IMG/VR virus record: IMGVR_UViG_3300032167_000002
Coordinates: 280,286 to 338,311 of that record
Origin: a virus
Taxonomy: Duplodnaviria; Heunggongvirae; Uroviricota; Caudoviricetes
Length of the DNA: 58,026 nucleotides
Strand: one strand, 5' to 3'
Part shown: positions 45,873-55,837 of the stretch, piece by piece
How positions within the stretch are numbered: position 1 is the first letter of the stretch
Layout of the letters: every line of letters begins with the position of its first letter
The notes under the pieces: model-generated
Database searches by the model: none
Seen by the model: the letters and a program-made list of their open reading frames with translations, nothing else
What the model was told of the DNA's origin: nothing
Position numbers and translations under genes: made by a program

Positions 45873-48077
45873 TTAGGAAAATTGTGAATGTTTGACTCTA
45901 TGTTCGACCTCTGACTGTTTTCCCTTGTTGAAATGGCGATAGTCAGTAGTCAAATAACCAGTTACACGACGCAACTGCTGAATATTGTGGCTGCCACACT
46001 CGGGACAAGCATCATTGAACTCACCCTAGAAGCCGCAATCTAAGCAGGAGTCAATGGGGAAATTGAATGCTAAATAAGGAATATCTAACTCCTTGAAAGC
46101 ATAATCAATAATCTGTTCGATAGCCTTGGTATTCTTTACGAAAGTGCTATCAAGCTCGACATAAGTAATACATCCACCAGTAGGATACTTACAGAATGGA
46201 GCCTCAACCGCAAGCTTATCGAAGATACTAATCTCATGCCATACGGGTACATGGTGGCTATTGGTTAAGAACTCATGGTCGGTAACATTAGGAATAACTC
46301 CATATTGCTTACGCAGAGCCTTTGCAGCGGTGTGGCATAGACCTTCCGCGGGGGTAGCGTAGCAAGAGAAGTTCAAATCATGACGCTCAGAAGCTTCCTT
46401 AGCATATTCATTGATACGCTTTACAACCTTCAAAGCGAACTCGTGTACTTTTGGATCTTCGGCATGATTCTTACCAAACAATGCTTGACACATTTCGGCA
46501 ATACCAATGTAACCCATAGCCAAAGTTCCGTGCTTCAATGCTTCGTAGTTAGATACTCGGCATTTCTGGGCGTCTTTCATAGTACCATTTTGATACATGA
46601 AAGGACCAGCCTCAGGAGGCTGATTTACCATAATATCAAAACGCTCCAAAAGACCCTGTTCGCATAACATCAATAAATCCTCGAATGCAGACCAGAAGCC
46701 ATCTAAATCCGGGGTCTCACGCTTACCTAAACAGATACCATATTCGATACCTAACTTTGGTAAAATCATAGTATTGGGGCACAGGTTACCACGACCAACG
46801 CGGTTGTAGGAATCAGTATGACGGTCATAACCTAACATTGTGCGGCAGCCCATTGTGGCGAAGTATGTGTCGGGATCATTAGGATCTTCGTGCGCCTGTG
46901 AAAAATCGCAGTTGACGAAGTTAGGATAAATTCTCTTACTCAAAGATTCGATAGCTAATTGCTTCAAATCGTAGTTTGGATCTTCTGGATTAGCATTACA
47001 TCCTTGTTTATACTGGAAAATACTAATTGGGAAGATAGGAGTTAAATGGTGCTTACCAACGCCAGATAAAGAAGCTCTTAACATCTTCTCACTTACAAAA
47101 CGACCCTCGGTAGAAGTGTCACGACCGAAGTTGATAGAAGTGAAAGGAACCTGGCTACCCGCACGAGACTCCAGAGTATTTAAGTTATGATACAAAGCTT
47201 CACTTGCCTGGATACCTTCACGCTCTAGCTGACGCATAGCAAACTTATAAGCAGGAGTATCCTTAATTGCTTCATTGTCAATTACGCAAGGCTCATACTT
47301 AGCCTTTAATACAATTTCAGCATCTTCCTTAGACAAGCCTTCAACATCAGTGAAGTAGTTACGCATATGCTTGTAGAAGCTCTTGGCAACATATGGAGCC
47401 AAGTCATAGTCAGCATGGACTGTACCAACGCCACCAAATTGAACCTGGGACTGGCATTGGAAAATAACTGCATATTGCTGACAAGCAGTATCATATTTTG
47501 ATGGTGGACGCACATCGCCGTTGCGAGTTACGAAACCATCAGTAAAAATCTTTTTGAAATCAACGAACAAGCAGTTATGTTCGCCAATATTTGTTTTCTC
47601 ATTATCGTGTTGATATAACAACATATCCTTATGAGCTTGCGCTACTTCGGGGGATAGAGTATAATCCAACGCAATTATCTTCTAAATGTCTGCGGAAGCT
47701 TCCTTCTCACGACCGGAGAAGCTCTTCTCATCAACATTCGCATTGGAATTTTCAACAGCAGTAGCTTCAGTTCTACGCATAACTGCCTTTAATAATTTAC
47801 TTTGACGCATACGAGCCTTACTGCGCTCGTCACGATATAAAATGTAAGCCTTGGCAACTTCTGGATATTCACTCTTCATCAAATATCCTTCAACCAAGTC
47901 TTGAATTTGTTCGACGGACATATCGACACCGCGACTACCAATTAGATCTGCGATTTCTTCAGCAGTATCGGATTCATACACGGAGCCGTATGCGCTAATC
48001 ATAGCCTTATTGATGGCATTTACAATCTTATCGGGATTGAATAGAACTCTTGTACCATCTCTTTTAATTACATGCAT
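45873..48077 (-). CDS. nrdD: Class III anaerobic ribonucleoside-triphosphate reductase (734 aa, 2 TAG)
   Basis: N-terminal ATP cone (VIKRDG..FNPDKI), ENSNAN, MGCRT, ATPAEGL, TNSHH. CxxC..CxxC and RRVTGY are only reached by reading through TAG 46026-46028. GGAGG RBS gives the start at 48077. Confidence 0.95.
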
Positions 48078-48098
48078 ACTAATTACCTCCATTATAAA

Positions 48099-48146
48099 AT
48101 ACTATATCTTGTGGAGAGCGTAAAAACTCTCTACAAAATATAGCGT
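48099..48146. promoter_or_regulatory. Tandem NrdR boxes upstream of nrdD
   Basis: CCACAAGATATAGTAT (-, 48099-48114) and CTACAAAATATAGCGT (+, 48131-48146) match acaCwAtATaTwGtgt and are 32 bp apart. Confidence 0.78.
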
Positions 48147-48164
48147 TTTATCTTGATCTATTAA

Positions 48165-48752
48165 TCAATGTCGTCCTTGCGCGAGCATGTCCTCGATCTG
48201 GCCTGCAATCTGCTCGGCGTTCGCATAGAAATCGTCAAAAGTCTCGTTGACAACTTCGGTGTAGTCAAAATCAATATCAGCAAAATCTTCTTCATCAGCA
48301 TTGAAGCGACGAACAATCTCTTTAACGTCGGGATTTTCCTCTCGACTAAGCTGACGATATAAGCGCTGTTTATCAGAAACAGTTACCCAATAAACAGTGA
48401 CTTCACAATCCGGCCGGTCAAGCAACTGCCGCACACCCGCAGGATTGAAAACACCGATATTGATAATGCCATCGCTGCGTACAGACTCATAACTAGTACC
48501 ATACCACCAATTGTTGAAATTAGTAAATTCCAACATTTCATCATTCATAATTTTCATTGCAAAATCATCGGGATGATAGTAATAGTAATTGATGCCGTGA
48601 GCTTCGCCCTCTCGCATTGGTCTACTGGTACAGCTTACGATCTCGTGGACCTCAGAAATAATTTTCTTTTCAGCGAGTAATTTTAATACCTATTTCATCA
48701 ATGAGTCTTTACCAGCGCCGCCTTTACCCATAAAAAGAACTATTTTATACAT
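48165..48752 (-). CDS. gmk: Guanylate kinase (195 aa, TAG at codon 21)
   Basis: P-loop GKGGAGKD upstream of TAG 48690-48692, then SCTSRPMREGEAHGINYYY, LEFTNFNNWWYGT. Confidence 0.88.
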
Positions 48753-48966
48753 TTTCATTGTCCTCCTCAAACTCATATTGAATTTTTCCGGGGACTTCAT
48801 GCGCCCAGAAGGTAGCACGACCATCGCAGTCGGGGTTACTGCAACGGAATGGGTATTGCTCGGGGTAGGTAGAATATACCATCCCCGTGCTCACCATTTT
48901 ACTACCACACTTATCGCAGAACGCTTCTAATACATATGCTTTTTTTACATATCTCTTAGTCAACAT
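48745..48966 (-). CDS. Small zinc-ribbon protein (73 aa)
   Basis: CDKCG and CSNPDC pairs, GGAGG RBS. Confidence 0.68.
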   Translation of the reverse strand: MLTKRYVKKAYVLEAFCDKCGSKMVSTGMVYSTYPEQYPFRCSNPDCDGRATFWAHEVPGKIQYEFEEDNENV

Positions 48967-51900
48967 CTTCTGCAGTGCCTCCTTGATAACGACTATCTTG
49001 TAATACTAAGTCACCATTATCCAAGATCTCATTGATACGATATAGCTGATGTCCGCCAGTAGAAGCATACTTCTTAGAAACAAAATCATCACCGCTGCGG
49101 ATTCCCGTTACGACGATCATATTACCGCGGTTGAACCAACTCTTCTCAACGACGTGCTTGACGCCATCTGCGCCACGCTCGGAGATCTGCTTATCGAACA
49201 TCGCAAAATATTCTTTTCTGAATTTGACATTTACAACACCTGTTGTTGTCAAAATGGTAACTGTACTCTTAGTCTTATTCTTTGCAATACAAGTTCCGCA
49301 AATACGATTCAAATGAAAGATATGAATGTCTTTGCCTCCCTTATGGAATGTCTTTTCAATGATCGGATCTTCTGGCAATAGGTTGAAATCAACAAAGCCA
49401 TATTTATCATTATTGACATTTTGCAATTCGTGGTCATGATAATAGAAGCACAAGACTTCCATCTCCCACGCAGAGATAGTACCCTTCGCATATTTATTCC
49501 AATCTTCCATGAAGATTTCTGTATTCAGCGCATTTAAGATTGTATCTTTTTCTGCGGCGATCCACTTTCTGAATACATCCATATGCTTCTGGTATACATT
49601 ATCCCAAGCCTTAGTTTTTATATACCAAGACACATTATCTGTTGTCATAAGATTTTCGCAATCAATCTCCTGCAAGAAAGCGATTGCTCTCGTATCAAGA
49701 CTATACATATCCTTATAAGCATACTTATCAGCCTTAGTAATTGCCTTCAAATATCTATTGAACTCATATACTCGACGAGCGAGAATTTGCTCTTCAGTTT
49801 TTTCAGGCAATAATCCGTGCTTGATAAGTCCACCCATATTTTGTAAGGTGATACGACTCTTCTTATCACAAGTCTCCCAGATATACCAAGCCATTACAAA
49901 TTGACGCTCTTCCATATCGTCAAATGCGCCACCCTTGATAAGGGCAATCATAGCTTGCTTACTGGGTCTAACTCTATTCAAGAAATCTTTTGGAGAGCTA
50001 TAAGGTCTGTTTTCAATAATGCTGGCAATCAAATCATCGCCCACATTCAACATACCTTTCAATCCAAAAAGAATTCGATTATTTTCTACATCTGGAGCAA
50101 ATCCAAAATCTGATTTATTAATGTTTGCCAAGCTAACTTTAATTCCTGCACCAGTGATATCACCGATTGCTTTGGCAATTTTTCCATAATCAGTTGAACC
50201 TCCTGCTTCTTCATCAGTTGCACCACTGTTTACAATCAAACAAGCAGTATTCCAATAAATTGGATTGAAATTCATAACAAAGTAAATTGATTGAATACCA
50301 ACAAAAGAATAAGGCAGAGAGTGGTTCAGACTAAATGCATATCCTAACTGGGGTGCAATTGCATTTTCCCAGAAATAATTTGCCGACTGAACCCGGTCAA
50401 ATTTACTATAGACCTGTTCGCGCAATTCCGGAATCTTACTCATTTGCTTCTTACCAACAATCTTTCTCGCATTATTGGCTTCACCTAATGTGAAATTTGC
50501 AACATCCATAAGTAATTCCATCATCTGCTCCTGGATAGCACAACAACCCCAGTATTGGTCACAATGCTTATGCATTAGCGCAATCATATTTTGATCCAGA
50601 CCAGCTTCGTGCATTTCTCGATCAAATTCTTCCAATCCTCGCTTTTGGATACGAACATATCTATCTTGCTGAGATTCCTTGCCTTTTTCAGACATAAGTC
50701 TCATCATTGCGTTCGCCGCAGTCATCTCCATAGGATTCTTTGGTTTCAACTTTTTTGCAATAGCTAATCCAACGCCAGTGCTGAACTGGAACACATCCAG
50801 AACATCACCGGCCGCAAGATGCTCCCAAATGCGGGGATCAGTTGTATCAATCACTTCTGGATGAATATACTTATTATATAGATTACGCAAACCAATATCT
50901 TCAATTACTTTATCTGCGGTAAGTAATTCAAAACATTTGATAATCTTATCTGAAATTTCAGTTACCAAGAAGTCATACTTGGTATCACCTGCGGCCTCTG
51001 CTTTATGCAGGTCATAGCAGGTAATCAAATCTCCACTTGGAGTTCTCATAAATGCCGCAGTTTCAAACGGGTCACTACCATATAAGATAACACCCGAAGC
51101 GTGAGAAGAACGCTTATTTACTAGTCCTTCAATTGACTGAATAATAGCCAATAGACCAGGATAGTTATTTACTTCTCGAATGAATGGAGCAACGGGTTTT
51201 CTATCTTTCTCCTCATTGCCGTTGATAACATCACTAATCGGCCATAAGAATCCACGCTCTTGGGGGATTAGAGAAGACATGTACTGGGCTTGATCGACAT
51301 CGATTCCATCTGGGAAATCCTCGCTTCGATAACCGCGGCAAGCCGTGAGTACAGCTGATTTCGTTCCTTCTGTTCCGAAGGTTGCGACCTGGATAAGTCC
51401 CAACTCTCCACGCTCTTTACGAATTGCTTCAAAAATTGCGGGTCGTTTTGATGGAGCGAGGTCAATGTCAATATCGGGCAACTCGGCTCTCTCCTTATTA
51501 AGGAAACGCCAGTAAGGTAGATTCCATCTGATGGGGTCGAGCTGCGTGATGCCCAAGAGGTAGTTAGACAAAAATCCTGTGGCCGAGCCTCGACCTGGGC
51601 CAACAATTGAGCCACACTCCCAGAATAGGTCGATGTAATGCTTGAAGGTGTTGAAATAGGCGAATAGACAGTCATCTAATTTCTCTCCAATATCTAAAAT
51701 AACATCAGCTTCGGTTTCTAATCTCTGCCAATATTCAACTTTATCTTGTAAGCCTTTTTCATTTAGGCTCTTCGCGCACTCATATAGCCAATATCTCTCT
51801 TGGACGTTACCATCAACTAACAAATGCGCTAAACATGGATAGAACTTATTTAGGTTCCAATCGATTTCATATGGAATGTACTCTTGAATTTCTCGTTCAG

Positions 51901-52849
51901 AATGAGTTGGCAGAGGAATCTTAGGAATCATCTGTTTACGCTCTAAAGAGTATGAAGTATATTGTTCACCCAATTTACGAGAGTTTTCTAAGATTTCAGT
52001 GACAATATAATCATTTCCAAAGCAATGATGCAATAGTTTATAAACTTCATCATATGACATCAAATGAGCAAACTCATAGAAACTATCAACCTCACGCTCG
52101 CCGCCCTTAGAATTTAGATAAGACTTATGGACGTATCTATCTTCCTTGGTGAGATAGTGAGAGTCAGTACCAACAATCAAAGGAATATCATATGCTTTTG
52201 CAATACGATATAACTTGCGGTTGGTGATACATTGATCCTCAGCGGTTGAAGGCGCACATTCAATATAGAAATCATTACCGAACACATCAAGACAATACTT
52301 GATGAAATCGCAAATTTGATTATAAAACACTCCTGCGGAAATCTTATCATTGACATTTTCAGCGCAGGCCATGTTGTATGCGGCGGTGGATAACTCGCCA
52401 CCCATACAGGCGGTTGAAGCAATTACATGCCCCTTATACTTCGCCATAATGGTTGCCAATTCGTCTTTGGTAATGGGCACGCGCTCCATACCTCGATCGA
52501 CATAGGAATGATACCAAGCAGTTGAGCTCAATTCACGCAGAGCCTTGTGTCCGATTTCATCCTTGGCAGTTAGAATAAAGTGATAATATTTGATACCACT
52601 CTCTCGTTTATCTACTAAATAAACCTCATTGCCTAAAACAATTACAAAATCGGGATACTTCTCCTTTATCTTCTAAGCATACTGATTGACTTCCATATGT
52701 CCGGATAGACATTCGTGGTCTGTAATCGCAATGCCGGAAAGACCCAATTCAATTGCTTTGTCAATGAGGTCCTTAGGTCTATTGATACAATCGAGTAAGC
52801 GGATATTCGAATACATTGTATGGTTGTGAATATTGAAATATGTTCCCAT
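48956..52849 (-). CDS. dnaE: DNA polymerase III alpha subunit (1297 aa, single TAG at codon 59)
   Basis: PHP domain (HNHTMYS, AITDH, GNEVY, HFILTAK) lies upstream of and across TAG 52673-52675. GPGRGSA, PDIDID, RSSHASG, KYDFL, YAFSLNHS, C-terminal OB-like region. Confidence 0.95.
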
Positions 52850-52884
52850 TCGATTATCCCTTTCAATTTGATTTCTTATACTAT

Positions 52885-52913
52885 ATTATACCAATTTTTT
52901 TCTCTATTGTCAA
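52885..52913 (-). promoter_or_regulatory. Perfect-consensus sigmaA promoter for dnaE
   Basis: TTGACA (52913-52908), 17 bp, TGG-TATAAT (52890-52885). The -35 overlaps the helicase stop codon. Confidence 0.88.
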
Positions 52914-54085
52914 CTATCTCGCACGATAACGAGCTTTTCTTTGGCGCGCGTAGCAGCTGTATATAGCCACTCTGCATGGTGTCCACCACGCAAAAATTCT
53001 TCAAAAACAAGAACTTTATCATATTCACTACCCTGCGCCTTATGGGTAGTAATACAATAACCATAGTCGAATTCACGGGGGCGCCAAATCTTAGGGAAGC
53101 GCTTCCAGTTCTGCGCGGTTACGGTCGGCTCACCAGTAGTGAGTAATCTGTAATCCATATTTACACCACGGAAAATCAAATCCTGTGGAGAGTTTTCAAC
53201 ATCATCGTCTGAATAATCATCAGACCAAAAATCGCAAACCATCATCGGCCGCAAATAAGGATTGTTATTCAACAAATCAATCTTAGTAAGTGTGCCAATA
53301 GTGCCATTCACCATTACATCGCCCGCTTCACTCGGATGATCCCAGTCATTCCGCAAACAAATAACCTTATCTCCTACTATTGGAGTCGGATCGTCAATGT
53401 CATGTAAATACTTACGCATAAGATGATTTACCGTACGGCGTGTCTCATTCTTTGCTACAAGGATCTGGTCGGCCCAAGTATACATACCAGACACAACATC
53501 TTTCTTATCAATGATTTGCACTTCGTTTCCTCGGAAGAGTTCGAGAGGTTTGCCGTCTCGAATATCCATAGTCAAACGAATGATTTCACTCTCCTGGGCT
53601 TGGCGCATAATCTCATCCAAGAAAATGTGCGGATGGTCGAGCACTCCATTAGACTCACCAATAGGAGGAAGCTGGCCGGGGTCGCCAAGAGCAATAACAT
53701 GAATACGATGTGAAGTCAACAAATCCCAAATCTCTTTTGGAAGCATTGAAATTTCATCGACAACAATCAACTTATATGGATAGTCCAGAGGTCTACGAGG
53801 TTTGTGATAGAATGTTCCATCATTGCGAGGATAGGACTGATATAACAGTCTGTGTGCGGTCATGGCATTCTCGCATCCTTTTTCACGCAAAACCTTTGCG
53901 GCCTTGCCTGTGAATGCGATATAACAAACCTCTGCGGGATATAGACCCAGCGCTGCAACGATAAACTTCACAAGTGTACTCTTACCAGTACCAGCGTAAC
54001 CGGCGATACAGGTCCAGGGTTCATTGTTCTTATAGCGGGCGACCGCAATCTTTAATCCCTCTTCCTATTTAGCAGTAAGTACCAT
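52910..54085 (-). CDS. Superfamily 1B (RecD2/Dda-like) DNA helicase (391 aa, TAG at codon 7)
   Basis: MVLTAKQ(TAG)EEG Q-motif, AGYAGTGKST Walker A, IVVDEISM Walker B, GDPGQLPPI, RQAQES, TTHKAQGSEY, YTAATRA. AGGAGG RBS. Confidence 0.92.
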
Positions 54086-54356
54086 TTTCATCCTCCTTTG
54101 GATGGGCGTGAACCAGCTGTTCTAATGTCATATAAAAATGCTGCTTACGACCATTCATACGCCGACGCGCGTCAACGGGGTCAATATGATCGGCTCTAGA
54201 CATATACGCAGCCAATTCATCACAGACTTCGGCATATCTAAAATAGATACTATCAAATCCAAAATCTAAACGGTCTTTTACCAATTCATCGAAATCTTCT
54301 CTTGGTAATCTTACAATATCCAATTTTTCTTTCAGACTTTTTGCGTAATCCGTCAT
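54069..54356 (-). CDS. Hypothetical protein (95 aa)
   Basis: Intact ORF with AAGGTG RBS, downstream of a promoter. Confidence 0.7.
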   Translation of the reverse strand: MTDYAKSLKEKLDIVRLPREDFDELVKDRLDFGFDSIYFRYAEVCDELAAYMSRADHIDPVDARRRMNGRKQHFYMTLEQLVHAHPKEDENGTYC

Positions 54357-54379
54357 TTTATTCTCACCTTTTTATTTTT

Positions 54380-54408
54380 ATTATACCAAAATATTTTATA
54401 TAAATCAA
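54380..54408 (-). promoter_or_regulatory. SigmaA-type promoter
   Basis: TTGATT, 17 bp, TGG-TATAAT (54385-54380). Confidence 0.75.
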
Positions 54409-54848
54409 TTCAAAAACATATTGGTCTTGTCTAAGTTTATAATATCATCAGACCAACCAATATCTCCCAAAATAAGAAAATCCTCACTGGGAACAATTCG
54501 ATTTGAAATTTCTAAACCGCCTTTTTGATTTGAGTTTTCGGTCTTGGCGTCCAATGCCGATCGGAGCTCGTCTATTTGCATTTCTACCAAGTCTGTCCGA
54601 GCGCTATTAGCGGCATCCGCACAATCCACATCATACCTCAAATCACTCATTGAATCCTTTATGGCAGTGATTTCAGTAGTCGCCCAATCCATCTGTTGCA
54701 TCAACTCTGATAACTTACGCAGAGCTTCTGTCATTTGCTATGTGGTACAGCCGACTTGGGCCACCACTGAACTCAAACTTATTGTAGCGTCTGATACGCT
54801 TGGTAAGTTTAGCATAATATCATTTTGTATCTATTTCAAAACTGCCAT
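54405..54848 (-). CDS. Hypothetical coiled-coil protein (147 aa, 2 TAG)
   Basis: AGGAG RBS before ATG 54848. MAVLKQIQND...CTTQQMTEALRK extends the 54405-54734 fragment. Confidence 0.68.
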
Positions 54849-54864
54849 CTTTCCATCTCCTATA

Positions 54865-54906
54865 AACAAAAATAAGGGTTATATAGGGGCGAACCCCTAT
54901 ATAACC
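54865..54906 (-). terminator. Intrinsic terminator with UUCG tetraloop
   Basis: Minus strand GGTTATATAGGGG-TTCG-CCCCTATATAACC followed by CTTATTTTTGTTT. Confidence 0.88.
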
Positions 54907-54913
54907 TATTTAC

Positions 54914-55804
54914 TTACCCTACGAAATACTCGTAAGCTCGTCTTGCGTATCCTCTACGAGGCGCTCTATGTCCTTCACCACAACGCTCGAAATAACAAGC
55001 GAAGGCGTAGGCACATTCTTCCGGAGTGTCGGCTTCCATGATTTGCTCGAGTTGCCAATTTGTAACTTGTTTGGTAACTCCATCAGTGCCGTGCAACTCA
55101 TCGTGCATAAAATTGAGCTGATCTTCAATACTTGGATTTTCTCCGTAAATTGAAAATAGTTGACGCTTGCGGCCGCCTAGCCACTGAATCATACCGAAAC
55201 CACTTGAGCTATGTACGTCCCAATCGAGATCGGAAGTCCAGCAACCGCCGCACTCAGCCATCATATTACCCATAATACCGGCGCACACAGTATCACTATA
55301 ACCCAGCTCATTCTTCATATAGAGCCAGACTTGAGTAGCAACTGGATACTCGGCCGCACGCTTCTCCCATTTGAGTTTCTCTTCCCAAATTGAGAATTGC
55401 TCTTGGTAATACTCAACTTCAATTGTTGCATTTTCAATATCGGTTTTAGCTAATACTACTGCGGGATGGTCGTCCGCATAACCGAGAGTTAGGAAACCTT
55501 GATAGATGGTTTCAGTAAGCTCCTGGCGAGCAATAGCTTCTTCCAATAGAGAAGTAGCTTCATCATATGTAGTAGGTTCAACACGCTTGAACTCCACGGT
55601 ATCTAATACAATAACTACCTCTTCTGGTTCAGTAGACTCAGTATCTACTGGAAAGGTGGTAGTCTCAGAAGGGATGTAATCTTCCGAAAAAGTAGCAACT
55701 GGATTGGTGTCTGCGACCACAGTACCTGCTGCATATGCAATAACACTTAGAGTGCTAATAAACATGGCTATAATCAACAATACACCGATAATTTTCTGTT
55801 TCAT
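54914..55804 (-). CDS. Signal-peptide-bearing cell wall hydrolase, phage tail-lysozyme (Phage_lysozyme2-like) family (296 aa, no TAG)
   Basis: MKQK + hydrophobic core + AYA cleavage site. C-terminal AGIMGNMMAECG..GFGMIQWLGGRK..IEDQLNFMHDEL..FACYFER. Confidence 0.82.
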   Translation of the reverse strand: MKQKIIGVLLIIAMFISTLSVIAYAAGTVVADTNPVATFSEDYIPSETTTFPVDTESTEPEEVVIVLDTVEFKRVEPTTYDEATSLLEEAIARQELTETIYQGFLTLGYADDHPAVVLAKTDIENATIEVEYYQEQFSIWEEKLKWEKRAAEYPVATQVWLYMKNELGYSDTVCAGIMGNMMAECGGCWTSDLDWDVHSSSGFGMIQWLGGRKRQLFSIYGENPSIEDQLNFMHDELHGTDGVTKQVTNWQLEQIMEADTPEECAYAFACYFERCGEGHRAPRRGYARRAYEYFVG

Positions 55805-55837
55805 AATTTCCTCCTAATATTACTATCAGGCCGTCAA

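Noticed and set aside
48091-48096. TATAAT just upstream of nrdD as its -10 element
   Set aside because: No -35 at 16-18 bp, and the implied start site would cut into the RBS.
45873-52849. Introns or inteins in nrdD or dnaE, suggested by the split ORFs
   Set aside because: Both read continuously under code 15 at normal family length. No homing endonuclease or intein splice motifs were evident.
15739-52912. TGA recoding (code 4/25) or TAG as pyrrolysine or another residue
   Set aside because: TGA is used as a true stop (15741, 18542, 38304, 39396, nrdG, gmk, helicase), and TAG maps to positions where Gln is expected.
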